Below are positions 1 to 8,501 of a DNA stretch of 64,000 nt, in pieces. Position 1 is the first letter of the stretch; every line of letters begins with the position of its first letter. The DNA comes from Acidobacteria bacterium UBA2161. Its GTDB lineage: Bacteria > Acidobacteriota > Vicinamibacteria > Vicinamibacterales > UBA823. A program made the position numbers and the translations under genes. Below the pieces are notes generated by a model. It had not been told where the DNA came from. It saw only the letters and a list, made by a program, of their open reading frames with translations, and searched no databases. The DNA lies in the NCBI GenBank assembly GCA_002328835.1, contig DCWN01000043.1:81740-145739 (forward strand), given 5' to 3'.

Positions 1-1128
1 GTTCGCGTGGATGCCGATCTGGAAGTCGTGCCGGTGCGCATCCTCGACCGCTTCGTGGATCTCCTCCGGCGTCATCGTCAGGATGCCGTGGTCATCGGTG
101 CCGACGTAGGGCGTGCTCATGTACATCGTCCGGCCCGAGGCCGAGCCGTCGGCGCCGAACTTCACCGGGCCGATCCGAACCCACTCGTTGCCGAAGCCGG
201 TATAGAGGCCGCCCGCCTTGGCCGCCTCGAACAGCCCGCCCCGCACCAGCATCGTGATCCGGCAGCGCAGCTGCCCGTTCTGGAGCGCGTCCTGATAGGC
301 CCTCGCCGAGTCGGAGGAGGTCGACGCGTCGTGCACCGAGGTGAGGCCGGCAGCTGTCATCAGCTCGGTGATCAGCTCGACGCCCCGCCGCTGGTCGTCC
401 CGTGTGGTTTCCTCTCGAACGCCGACGCCGTTGAAGGCGCCGTTCGCCCGCTCCTCGACCAGGCCGGTCAATTCGCCGTCTGCACTGTGCTCGAACCGGC
501 CGCCCTGCGGGTCGGGCGTCTCCCGGGTCACGCCGGCCATCTGGAGCGCCTTCGAGTTGTACCAGGCGATGTGGCCGCCCCGGTGGCTTACACGCACCGG
601 GTTGTCCGGCGCCGCCTCGTCCAGGTCGAACCGGTTGATCCGGCGGCCGTCAATCACCTTCGTGTCGTCGTACTTGAAGCCGTCGATCCAGTGCTCCTCG
701 GATGGCATCGTTGCGGCCTTGTCGCGGACCGCGACGACGATTTCCTCGATGCTGCGGAGATCGAGGTTCACCTGGACCAGTTCGCGCGATCCGCCCGTCG
801 CCGGATGACAGTGCGCGTCGATGAAGCCGGGCGTCACGGTCATGCCCTCGGCGTCGATGACCTCCGTGCCGCTCGAGATCAGGTTCCGGATGTCGGCCGT
901 GCTGCCGACGGCGATGATCGTGCCGTCACGGACGGCGAACGCCTCGGCGCGTGGCTGGGCGGGGTCCATCGTGTAGACGCGGCCGTTGATGAGGGCCAGG
1001 TCGGCCGTCGCGCCCGGCCCGGCGGCCTGCGCCGCGTCCACCGTGCTACCCGGCCGCACACCGAGTCCGGCGGCGCCGACCAGCGCCGCGCTCATGCCGA
1101 GAAATTCACCGCGGGTATATGTCGCCAT
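1..1128 (-). CDS. amidohydrolase-family metal-dependent hydrolase (YtcJ-like); C-terminus runs off the window start
   Basis: My own minus-strand translation from the ATG at 1128..1126 gives MATYTRGEFLGMSAALVGAAGLG...LINGRVYTMD...TPGFIDAHCHP...QIGIHAN. The frame is open to position 1, so it is absent from the ORF track. The overlapping 1023-aa plus-strand ORF is a shadow. Confidence 0.75.
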   Translation of the reverse strand, partial: MATYTRGEFLGMSAALVGAAGLGVRPGSTVDAAQAAGPGATADLALINGRVYTMDPAQPRAEAFAVRDGTIIAVGSTADIRNLISSGTEVIDAEGMTVTPGFIDAHCHPATGGSRELVQVNLDLRSIEEIVVAVRDKAATMPSEEHWIDGFKYDDTKVIDGRRINRFDLDEAAPDNPVRVSHRGGHIAWYNSKALQMAGVTRETPDPQGGRFEHSADGELTGLVEERANGAFNGVGVREETTRDDQRRGVELITELMTAAGLTSVHDASTSSDSARAYQDALQNGQLRCRITMLVRGGLFEAAKAGGLYTGFGNEWVRIGPVKFGADGSASGRTMYMSTPYVGTDDHGILTMTPEEIHEAVEDAHRHDFQIGIHAN

Positions 1129-1275
1129 GACGTGTCTCCTGCTCGTGGCTGCTTTCTAGACCTTCCGTCGACGCAATGCAAGGTACGGCGGAAGGTCGGC
1201 CTGCCGTATGACGATGGTCATACTTCACGGAGGCAGGAGGCAGAAGGAGGCCGAAATGGAGGCGGCGGCAGTTGT

Positions 1276-2400
1276 CTAGGAGATCTTGCCGCGCGCCGCG
1301 ACCGGCAGCGTGTCGACGACGGTCGATCCCTCGACGAGCCGAACCGCGTCGACCAGGTTCGACACGACGCACGAGTGATTCGGCAGCACCCGGACCCGGT
1401 CGCCCGGCTCCAGCCGTGTGGCACCGGTCTGGACCTCGACCACCCCGTGCTCTTCGGAGAGCCTGGCGATGAGCAGGCTGTCGTCAGGCGCCAGGGCGTC
1501 GAGCCCGGCGAAGACGGCACCATAGCCTTTCGGCCTGACCATGCCTCGGCCGGTATCCGACGTCAGCGTCTTGCTGCCGCAATCGAGGACGATACGGTTG
1601 TCCGCCGGCTTGCTGACGACCGTGGCCATCACCGACAGCGCGCAATCCTCGAGCGACGCCGAACCGATCGCCACCTGGCTGCGGTCGTAGTAGACGTAGT
1701 TGCCGGGCCTGAGCTCGGTGATGTCCGGCTCGGTCGCGCTCAGCATCGCCGTCGCCGTGGAGCCGACGCTGATCTCGTCGACCGCGACACCCGCCCGACG
1801 GGCCTCAGCCGCCAGGGTCCTCAACAGTTCCGCCTCGTCCTTCGCCACGGCCGCGAGCTCGGCGGCGGAGGTCACGTCGCAGCTCTGACCGGCATGGCTC
1901 AGCAGACCGCGCAGGCGAAGCCCGGGCAGGGCGGCGACCTGCGTCAGGAACGGCACGGCCGTGGCCAGCGCGGGGTCGATGCCGCAGCGGTGGTAGCCAA
2001 CGTCCACCTTGACGAGAACATCGAGCTGCTTGCCGGCGGCGAGCATCGCCTCGGACCACTCGGTGGCGACCGCCGCGTGATCGACGACGATCGAGATCTG
2101 CGCGCGCTCCATGAGCGCCAGCAGCCGGTCACTATTCGACGGGTTGATCGGGTAGGGCAGCCGGATGTCCGTGAATCCGGCGTCAGCGAAGACCTCAGCC
2201 TCGCCGATCTTGGCGCAGGCGATGCCCGACGCGCCCGCGTCGACCTGCCACTTCGCGACCCGCGGGCTCTTGTGGGTCTTCGTGTGCGGCCTGAGCGTCA
2301 TTCCGCCTCGCGTGGCGGCGGTCTGCATCCGTTCGATGTTCGCCGTGAGTCGCCGCCGGTCGATCAGGACCTGGGGCGTCGGAAGGTCGGTGATCTGCAT
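1276..2400 (-). CDS. D-threonine aldolase / D-serine dehydratase-like PLP enzyme (alanine racemase N-terminal fold, DSD1 family)
   Basis: ORF 1276..2538 trimmed to the ATG at 2400 (MQITDLPTPQVLIDRRRL). It has the RPHTKTHK PLP-lysine context and a C-terminal beta-domain. Confidence 0.75.
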   Translation of the reverse strand: MQITDLPTPQVLIDRRRLTANIERMQTAATRGGMTLRPHTKTHKSPRVAKWQVDAGASGIACAKIGEAEVFADAGFTDIRLPYPINPSNSDRLLALMERAQISIVVDHAAVATEWSEAMLAAGKQLDVLVKVDVGYHRCGIDPALATAVPFLTQVAALPGLRLRGLLSHAGQSCDVTSAAELAAVAKDEAELLRTLAAEARRAGVAVDEISVGSTATAMLSATEPDITELRPGNYVYYDRSQVAIGSASLEDCALSVMATVVSKPADNRIVLDCGSKTLTSDTGRGMVRPKGYGAVFAGLDALAPDDSLLIARLSEEHGVVEVQTGATRLEPGDRVRVLPNHSCVVSNLVDAVRLVEGSTVVDTLPVAARGKIS

Positions 2401-2437
2401 CCGGCAAGGATACCGAACCGTGCGATACCATGCCCGT

Positions 2438-3016
2438 GTGAAGAACGTCTGCGTCTTCTGCGGTTCGAGTGCCGGGAGCGATCCCGCGTTTCGCGCGGCG
2501 GCGTGCGAGATGGGCGAGGCCTTGGTTCGCCGCGGCATCGGCCTCGTCTACGGCGGCGCGCGCATCGGCATGATGGGTGCCATCGCCGACCGCGTGCTGG
2601 AACTCGAGGGCGAGGTTATTGGCGTCATCCCCCGGGCACTGGCCGAGAAGGAGGTCGCGCACGCCGGCCTCAGCGAGCTTCATATCGTCGGTTCGATGCA
2701 CGAGCGGAAGGCGCTACTGACCGATCGATCCGACGCGTTCATCGCGATGCCGGGCGGCTACGGCACGCTCGACGAACTCTGCGAGGCGTTGACCTGGGGA
2801 CAGCTGGGCATCCACGCCAAGCCGGTGGGGCTGCTGAGCACGGCAGGCTACTTCGACCGGCTGCTCGCGTTCCTGGACCACGCACGCAGCGAGGGCTTCC
2901 TGCAGCCGGAGCACCGCGCGATGGTCACGGTGAGCGCCGACCCGGACGAGCTGCTGAACGGCCTTTCGGCATACACGCCGCCCGGCGTCGAGAAGCTGAT
3001 CGGCCTGGAAGGTTGA
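2438..3016 (+). CDS. LOG-family cytokinin riboside 5'-monophosphate phosphoribohydrolase-like protein
   Basis: GTG at 2438 in frame of ORF 2165..3016. Motifs seen: VCVFCGSS, GGARIGMMG, PGGYGTLDE. About 190 aa, as is typical for the family. Confidence 0.85.
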   Translation: MKNVCVFCGSSAGSDPAFRAAACEMGEALVRRGIGLVYGGARIGMMGAIADRVLELEGEVIGVIPRALAEKEVAHAGLSELHIVGSMHERKALLTDRSDAFIAMPGGYGTLDELCEALTWGQLGIHAKPVGLLSTAGYFDRLLAFLDHARSEGFLQPEHRAMVTVSADPDELLNGLSAYTPPGVEKLIGLEG

Positions 3017-3037
3017 ACGCGTACGCCCAGGTGGTTC

Positions 3038-3225
3038 GGGCGCGTGGCTGGGTGTTGCGGTGGTCGAGCCCTTCTTAGGGAGGCGGCCGCCGGGGTCTTC
3101 TGACGCCGGGACGGACCCCGTGAATGCCGAACTGGTCTATCAATGGCTCACACCCCGGAGAGACCCCGCCTTGCCTGTTCGACGGCCGACGACGGGATCG
3201 ACGGCGCAATGCCCAGCCGCGCGTC
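3038..3225 (+). repeat. Repeat family A, copy 1: long imperfect hairpin / MITE-like intergenic element
   Basis: Left arm CTGGGTGTTGCGGTGGTCGAGCCC is complementary to right arm GGGATCGACGGCGCAATGCCCAG. It shares the internal blocks GGGAGGCGGCCGCC and GGCTCACACC with the copies at 9247 and 16621. Confidence 0.8.
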
Positions 3226-3239
3226 GGGAGAAGACGCCG

Positions 3240-4823
3240 CTAGTAGATCCGCACCCGGCTCTGTTCCCGCAGGAACTGCTGGACGTAGTAGGGCCCGCCG
3301 GCGCCGCGGCCCGACGAGCCGCTGGCCTTCCAGCCGCCGAACGGGTTGATGCCGGGCCACGCGCCGGTCGTGGCGCCGGCTTGCCGGTTGGCGTACACGA
3401 CGCCGGCCTCGATGCCGTCGAAGAACCTGGCGATCTCGTCGTCGTCCTCGGTGAAGATCCCCGCGGTCAGTCCGTACTCCGTGTCGTTCGCCAGCGCCAT
3501 CGCCTGATCGAACGAGCCGACCTCGCCCACGACGGTGATCGGCACGAACAGCTCGTCGACGAATAGCCGGTGGTCGTTCGGCAGGCCGTCGATCACGGTG
3601 GGTTCGAGGAAGTAGCCGTGCCGGAACGGTTCCTCCGTCATCCGGCGCCCGCCCGTGAGGATCCGCCCGCCATCGCGCTTGGCCTCCTCGATCGCCTGCT
3701 CGTAGATCTTGACGGCCGCCTCGTTGATGACCGGGCCCATCCAGACGTCGCGCTCGAGCGGATTGCCCACCTTGATCTGCTTCGTCTTCTCGACGAGCTG
3801 CTCGACGAACCGGTCGCGGACCTCGGAGGCGACGTACACCCTCGAGCATGCCGAGCACTTCTGCCCCTGGGCGCCGAAGGCTGAGCGCCAGACGCCCTCG
3901 CTGGCCCGGTCGAGATCGGCCGACGGCATGACGATCGCCGGATTCTTGCCGCCCATTTCGGTGATCACCGGCCGCGGCGCCGGCCGGGCGCCGTTCACCC
4001 GGAAGAGCATCATGCCGACTTCCTTCGAGCCGGTGAACACGATCCCATCGATGCCGGGGTTTTCGGCGATCTCCTGGCCGACCGTGGAGCCCGGGCCGGT
4101 CACGACGTTGAAGACGCCGGACGGCACACCGGCCTCGGCAATGATGTCGTAGAGCCGCACGCCGAGCCGCGGCGTGTCGGTGGCCGGCTTGAGCACGACG
4201 GTGTTGCCCGCGACCAGCGCGCCGCCCGCCGGCCCGGCGGCCAACGCCATCGGGAAGTTGAACGGCGAGATGACGGCCCAGACGCCGTGCGGCCGCATCA
4301 CCGACGTGTTCTCCTCGCTGTCACTCAGCTTGTCCATCGTCTGGCTGAAGCCGTCGTGCGCCTCCAGCTGATCGCAGTAGTAGGTCATGAAGTCGGCGGC
4401 CTCCTCGATGTCGCCGACGCATTCCAGCCTGTTCTTGCCGGTCTCGTAGCCCATCCACGCCGCCAGCTCCCAGCGGTGCGTCCGGATGCCGTCGCCGATC
4501 TTCCGGACAATGGCGACGCGCTCGGTCCACGGGCGCGCGCTCCAGGCCGGGGCAGCCGCGCGAGCGGCGCGGACGGCGTCGCGCACATGGTCGGCCGTGC
4601 CCGTCTGGAACCGCGCCAGGACGGTCCGCGTGTCGATCGGGCTCAAGTCGTCGAACTGCTCGGCCGACTCGATCGCCTCGCCGTCGATGTACATCGGATA
4701 CGTCTTGCCGAGTTGCGGCTTGATCTGTTCGATCGCGTCATCGATGCCCCGATGGAGCGTCTCCATCTGATCCGCACTCATCGTGGCGTAGGTGATCTTC
4801 ATTTCTGGCTTCGGATCGGTCAT
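3240..4823 (-). CDS. aldehyde dehydrogenase, probably L-glutamate gamma-semialdehyde (1-pyrroline-5-carboxylate) dehydrogenase
   Basis: ORF 3240..4838, with ATG at 4823 preceded by GGGAG. Motifs seen: FNFP, VITEMGGKNP, FGAQGQKCSACSR (catalytic Cys). Confidence 0.8.
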   Translation of the reverse strand: MTDPKPEMKITYATMSADQMETLHRGIDDAIEQIKPQLGKTYPMYIDGEAIESAEQFDDLSPIDTRTVLARFQTGTADHVRDAVRAARAAAPAWSARPWTERVAIVRKIGDGIRTHRWELAAWMGYETGKNRLECVGDIEEAADFMTYYCDQLEAHDGFSQTMDKLSDSEENTSVMRPHGVWAVISPFNFPMALAAGPAGGALVAGNTVVLKPATDTPRLGVRLYDIIAEAGVPSGVFNVVTGPGSTVGQEIAENPGIDGIVFTGSKEVGMMLFRVNGARPAPRPVITEMGGKNPAIVMPSADLDRASEGVWRSAFGAQGQKCSACSRVYVASEVRDRFVEQLVEKTKQIKVGNPLERDVWMGPVINEAAVKIYEQAIEEAKRDGGRILTGGRRMTEEPFRHGYFLEPTVIDGLPNDHRLFVDELFVPITVVGEVGSFDQAMALANDTEYGLTAGIFTEDDDEIARFFDGIEAGVVYANRQAGATTGAWPGINPFGGWKASGSSGRGAGGPYYVQQFLREQSRVRIY

Positions 4824-5078
4824 CGTCGGGGCTCCCACCGGTCCCGTGTCTCGAGCAGTGCGGAGACAGGCGTCAGGAGAGAGAATCCTCGGGCGGCGTC
4901 TGTTCTCCAGCCTTCCCTGTCCCGTTCACCACTCGCGGCCGGTGACTCGCGGCGAGCCACCGTGGCCTGGCATTGTAGCGCGATCGTCTGCCGCCCGAGG
5001 GGCCGCGCCACGCGCGGCGGCTCCGATATATAATGCTCCGTTCGTTCGCGTCCTTCGGCGCCTTCCGAGGAGGAATCC

Positions 5079-5519
5079 ATGGCTCAAGCTCAGCCCCAGA
5101 ACTTCGGCAACCACGCGCGCCTGGTACCGGCGTTTCACTTCGTCGCGTTTCCGATTCTTGCCGTGAACCTGCTGTACTCGCTGTATCGGGCGGCGACCGG
5201 GTTCTCCTGGGACACGCTGCTGGCGGCGCTCGTCGCGCTCGCGCTGATCATCGTCATGCTCTGCGCCCGTCTGTTCGCCCTCTGGGCCCAGGACCGGGTC
5301 ATCCGGCTCGAGATGCGGCTGAAGATGTCCGCGCTGCTGCCCGACGACCTGAAGTCGCGCATCGGCGAACTCTCGACCGAGAGCCTGGTGGCGCTGCGCT
5401 TCGCCGGCGACGCCGAGCTGCCCGGCCTGGTGCGCCAGGTGCTCGACGGCAGCCTGAAGGCCCAGAAGGAGATCAAGCAGGCGATCACCGACTGGCAGGC
5501 GGACTACCAACGCGTCTAG
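5079..5519 (+). CDS. small two-TM membrane protein of unknown function (DUF6526-like by recollection)
   Basis: Strong SD GAGGAGG 6 nt before the ATG. Two hydrophobic helices, then an amphipathic C-terminal region. TATAAT at 5029-5034 upstream. Confidence 0.7.
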   Translation: MAQAQPQNFGNHARLVPAFHFVAFPILAVNLLYSLYRAATGFSWDTLLAALVALALIIVMLCARLFALWAQDRVIRLEMRLKMSALLPDDLKSRIGELSTESLVALRFAGDAELPGLVRQVLDGSLKAQKEIKQAITDWQADYQRV

Positions 5520-5684
5520 CGTTCGGCAGGCAGATGACCACACCGCGCACAGCGCGGTGTCGAGGCCCCGGCGCGGGGCGAGCGCCTGCGGCTGCTGCGA
5601 GGAGCGGAGCCGAGGAGCAGCGGCTCGTGGGGGTGGGGCCCCACGAGCACTGAGTGATGCAGTCCCCGCGCAGCGCACCCGGAA

Positions 5685-5708
5685 GTTCGGGGCGTAGCGC
5701 CGAGGTGA
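5685..5708 (+). repeat. Repeat family B, partial copy (3' module only): hairpin plus GAGGTGA ribosome-binding module
   Basis: GTTCGGGGCGTAGCGCCGAGGTGA is near-identical to 8477-8499 upstream of sdhB. Spacing from GAGG to the ATG is 5 nt in both. Confidence 0.7.
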
Positions 5709-5710
5709 AT

Positions 5711-6511
5711 ATGCCAACGATCGCGGCGCCGGTGCGCCGATTTGGAGAGACATCGCGATGCGACGCCTGGTGGGTGCAGCCCCTGGTCGTGGCGGCCGGG
5801 CTCGGCCTGTTCGTCGTCTACTCGACCTGGGCGGCGTTCCAGGGCGAGTACTACCACTCGGGGCCGTACCTCTCACCGTTCTACTCACCAGAGCTCTTCG
5901 GCGACTCGCCGCACGCCTGGTTCGGACCGAAGCCGGCCGTCTGGCCCGCCTGGCTGCCATGGTCGCCGGCCTTCCTCATTCTCGGCGTTCCAGTCGGGTT
6001 CCGTCTGACCTGCTACTACTACCGCGGTGCCTACTACAAGGCGTTCTGGGCCGATCCGCCCAATTGCGCCGTCGGTGAGCCGAGAGGGTCGTACCTCGGC
6101 GAACAGTCGTTCCCGCTGATCATCCAGAACGTCCACCGGTACTTCATGTACCTGGCGGTCGTGTTCATCGGCTTGCTGGCTCACGATGCGTGGAAGGGGC
6201 TCTGGTTCACCGATCCGGCGACCGGCGTCACGAGTTTCGGTGTCGGCGTCGGCAGTCTGGTTCTCATGATCAATGTCACGCTGCTCGGCGGCTACACGTT
6301 CGGCTGCCACTCACTGCGCCACCTGGTTGGCGGCCGGTCGGACCAGCTGTCGGCCGCCACGCCGCTGCGGCAGTCGACCTACGACTGCGTGAGCTGTCTG
6401 AACCGGCGGCACATGCTGTGGGCCTGGATGAGCCTGGTCTGGGTCGGCTTCACCGACGTGTACGTTCGGATGTGCGCGATGGGCATCTGGACCGACTTCC
6501 GGCTGCTGTGA
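5711..6511 (+). CDS. succinate dehydrogenase/fumarate reductase membrane anchor (single-subunit multi-TM cytochrome b type)
   Basis: ORF 5654..6511 trimmed to ATG 5711, after GAGGTGA. Multiple TM helices with conserved His (NVHRYF, LLAHDAW, CHSLRH). Sits directly upstream of sdhA/sdhB. The anchor-flavoprotein-FeS order matches actinobacterial Sdh1-type operons, by recollection. Confidence 0.65.
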   Translation: MPTIAAPVRRFGETSRCDAWWVQPLVVAAGLGLFVVYSTWAAFQGEYYHSGPYLSPFYSPELFGDSPHAWFGPKPAVWPAWLPWSPAFLILGVPVGFRLTCYYYRGAYYKAFWADPPNCAVGEPRGSYLGEQSFPLIIQNVHRYFMYLAVVFIGLLAHDAWKGLWFTDPATGVTSFGVGVGSLVLMINVTLLGGYTFGCHSLRHLVGGRSDQLSAATPLRQSTYDCVSCLNRRHMLWAWMSLVWVGFTDVYVRMCAMGIWTDFRLL

Positions 6512-6548
6512 GCGGTCGGACTACGTGTTGACGGCGGCGAAACAGACG

Positions 6549-8354
6549 ATGGACTACCAAACCCACGAGCATGACGTCCTGGTGATCGGCGCCGGTGGTG
6601 CCGGATTGCGGGCGGCCATCGAGGCGTCGGCCGCCGACGTGTCGGTCGGCTTGGTCTGCAAGTCGCTGCTGGGCAAGGCGCACACAGTCATGGCCGAGGG
6701 TGGCATGGCGGCCTCGCTCGGCAACGTCGACGACCGCGACGCCTGGAGCGTGCACTTCGCCGACACGATGCGCGGCGGGCAGTACATGAACAACGCGCGG
6801 ATGGCCGAGCTGCACGCCAAGGAGGCACCCGACCGAGTGCGCGAGCTGGAGGCCTGGGGCGCGGTGTTCGATCGGACGCCGGACGGTCGCATCCTGCAAC
6901 GCAACTTCGGCGGCCACAAGTATCCGCGGCTGGCCCACGTCGGCGACCGGACCGGCCTCGAGATGATCCGCACGCTGCAGGACCACGGGATCCACCAGGG
7001 GATCGACGTGCACATGGAGTGCACCGTGCTCACTCTGCTGAAGGACGGTGAACGCGTCATCGGGGCGTTCGCCTACGACCGCGAGCGCGGCCGCTTCCAG
7101 GTCTTTCATGCGCGTGCCGTGGTGCTGGCGACCGGCGGCATTGGCAAGGCCTTTCGAATAACCAGCAATTCCTGGGAATACACCGGGGATGGGCACGCCC
7201 TGGCTTACGATGCCGGGGCGGATCTCATCGACATGGAGTTCATCCAGTTCCATCCGACCGGGATGGTCTGGCCGCCCAGTGTGCGCGGCATCCTCGTCAC
7301 CGAGGGCGTGCGCGGAGAAGGTGGCGTCCTGAAGAACAAAGACGACCACCGGTTCATGTTCGACGACATCCCCGACCTGTACAAGAACCAGACCGCCGAC
7401 AACGAGGACGAAGGCTGGCGCTACACGCAGGGTGACAAGGAGGCCCGCCGGCCGCCGGAACTGTTGACCCGCGACCACGTCGCGCGGTGCATCGTCCGGG
7501 AGGTGCGCGAGGGGCGGGGCAGCGAACACGGCGGCGTCTATCTCGACATCGCGTGGATCAAGGAGCGACTGTCGAACGGCGCCGAGCACATCAAGAAGAA
7601 GCTGCCGAGCATGTACCACCAGTTCAAGCAGCTCGCCTCGATCGACATTACCGCCGAAGCGATGGAGGTCGGGCCGACGACGCACTACGTCATGGGCGGT
7701 GTGCGGGTCGACGCCGATACGCAGATGTCGAGCGTGCCGGGCCTGTTCGCGGCCGGCGAGTGCGCCGCCGGCCTCCACGGCGCCAATCGCCTCGGCGGCA
7801 ATTCGCTGTCGGACCTGCTGGTCTTCGGCAGGCGCGCGGGAGAGTATGCCGCGACGTTCGCGAAGGAGCACGACGCCGGCGCGGTGAACACCGACCAGGT
7901 CGAAGGTGTCGCCAGGCGCGCGCTCGAGCCGTTCGCGCGCGAAGGTGAGGGGCCGTACAAGGTGCAGCAGGAACTGCAGGGCACGATGCAAGATCTGGTC
8001 GGCATCGTTCGGCAGGACGACGAGATGCGCCGGGCGCTCGACGAGATTGCGAAGCTGCGCGAACGCGCCGACCGGGTCGCGGTCATCGGGAACCGGGAGT
8101 ACAACGCCGGGTGGCATACCGCGCTCGACCTGCCGCATCTGATGACGGTGTCAGAGGCGGTCACGCGGGCGGCGATCGAGCGGCAGGAGAGCCGCGGCGC
8201 GCACTTCCGGGAGGACCACCTCGGCAAGGACGAGGCCTGGGCCAAGATCAACCTGGTCGTCCGCAAGGTGGGTGATGGGTCGATGCAGGTGGTTCGCGAG
8301 CCGGTTCCCGCACTGCCGGCCGAACTGGCGAAGATCATCGAGGAGAATAGGTAG
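6549..8354 (+). CDS. sdhA: succinate dehydrogenase/fumarate reductase flavoprotein subunit
   Basis: Motifs seen: DVLVIGAGGAGLRAA, FHPTG, RGEGG, SRGAHFRED. The ATG at 6549 is preferred; the in-frame GTG at 6525 is possible. Confidence 0.92.
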   Translation: MDYQTHEHDVLVIGAGGAGLRAAIEASAADVSVGLVCKSLLGKAHTVMAEGGMAASLGNVDDRDAWSVHFADTMRGGQYMNNARMAELHAKEAPDRVRELEAWGAVFDRTPDGRILQRNFGGHKYPRLAHVGDRTGLEMIRTLQDHGIHQGIDVHMECTVLTLLKDGERVIGAFAYDRERGRFQVFHARAVVLATGGIGKAFRITSNSWEYTGDGHALAYDAGADLIDMEFIQFHPTGMVWPPSVRGILVTEGVRGEGGVLKNKDDHRFMFDDIPDLYKNQTADNEDEGWRYTQGDKEARRPPELLTRDHVARCIVREVREGRGSEHGGVYLDIAWIKERLSNGAEHIKKKLPSMYHQFKQLASIDITAEAMEVGPTTHYVMGGVRVDADTQMSSVPGLFAAGECAAGLHGANRLGGNSLSDLLVFGRRAGEYAATFAKEHDAGAVNTDQVEGVARRALEPFAREGEGPYKVQQELQGTMQDLVGIVRQDDEMRRALDEIAKLRERADRVAVIGNREYNAGWHTALDLPHLMTVSEAVTRAAIERQESRGAHFREDHLGKDEAWAKINLVVRKVGDGSMQVVREPVPALPAELAKIIEENR

Positions 8355-8397
8355 TGATGTCAGGCCGAGGTTCGGACGGTAGCCAGAAGGTGCGAGG

Positions 8398-8498
8398 GGG
8401 GATCAAGGCGCGCACGGCGCGCCTCGCGGGGACCGGAGTGGGGCACTCGGGGTCCCCGCGTAGGACCCCGCGGGGGTTCGGGGCGTAGCCCCGAGGTG
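8398..8498 (+). repeat. Repeat family B, full copy: multi-hairpin GC-rich element in the sdhA-sdhB spacer
   Basis: Hairpins: GGCGCGC-ACG-GCGCGCC (8407-8423); CGCGGGGACC...GGTCCCCGCG (8425-8460); ACCCC-GCG-GGGGT; CGGGGC-GTA-GCCCCG (8479-8493). An inverted near-identical copy lies at 31168-31263. Confidence 0.8.
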
Positions 8499-8501
8499 AT
8501 C

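Noticed and set aside
7-3078. A 1023-aa plus-strand ORF, the longest in the first 3 kb.
   Set aside because: Its translation is Arg/Gly/Pro/Ala-rich low-complexity sequence with no motifs. It overlaps three well-supported genes: the amidohydrolase and the D-TA-like enzyme on the opposite strand, and LOG in another frame. It is a typical GC-rich shadow ORF.
4963-4980. Sigma-54-like TGGCCTGGCATTGTAGCG upstream of the small membrane protein, and CTGGCATCGTCTTGCGC at 39101-39117.
   Set aside because: In both, the GG-to-GC (or TTG) spacing is one nucleotide off the strict -24/-12 spacing. The second also points into the 3' end of a convergent-strand gene.
6450-8138. A 562-aa minus-strand ORF antisense to sdhA. 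Similar long ORFs occur at 19513-21558, 22099-23871, 25801-27405, 40283-41986, 50148-51830, 55044-56177, 57237-58361 and 58986-60221.
   Set aside because: All are antisense or out of frame relative to genes with clear family motifs, and all translate to Arg/Pro/Gly/Asp-rich sequence without recognisable domains.
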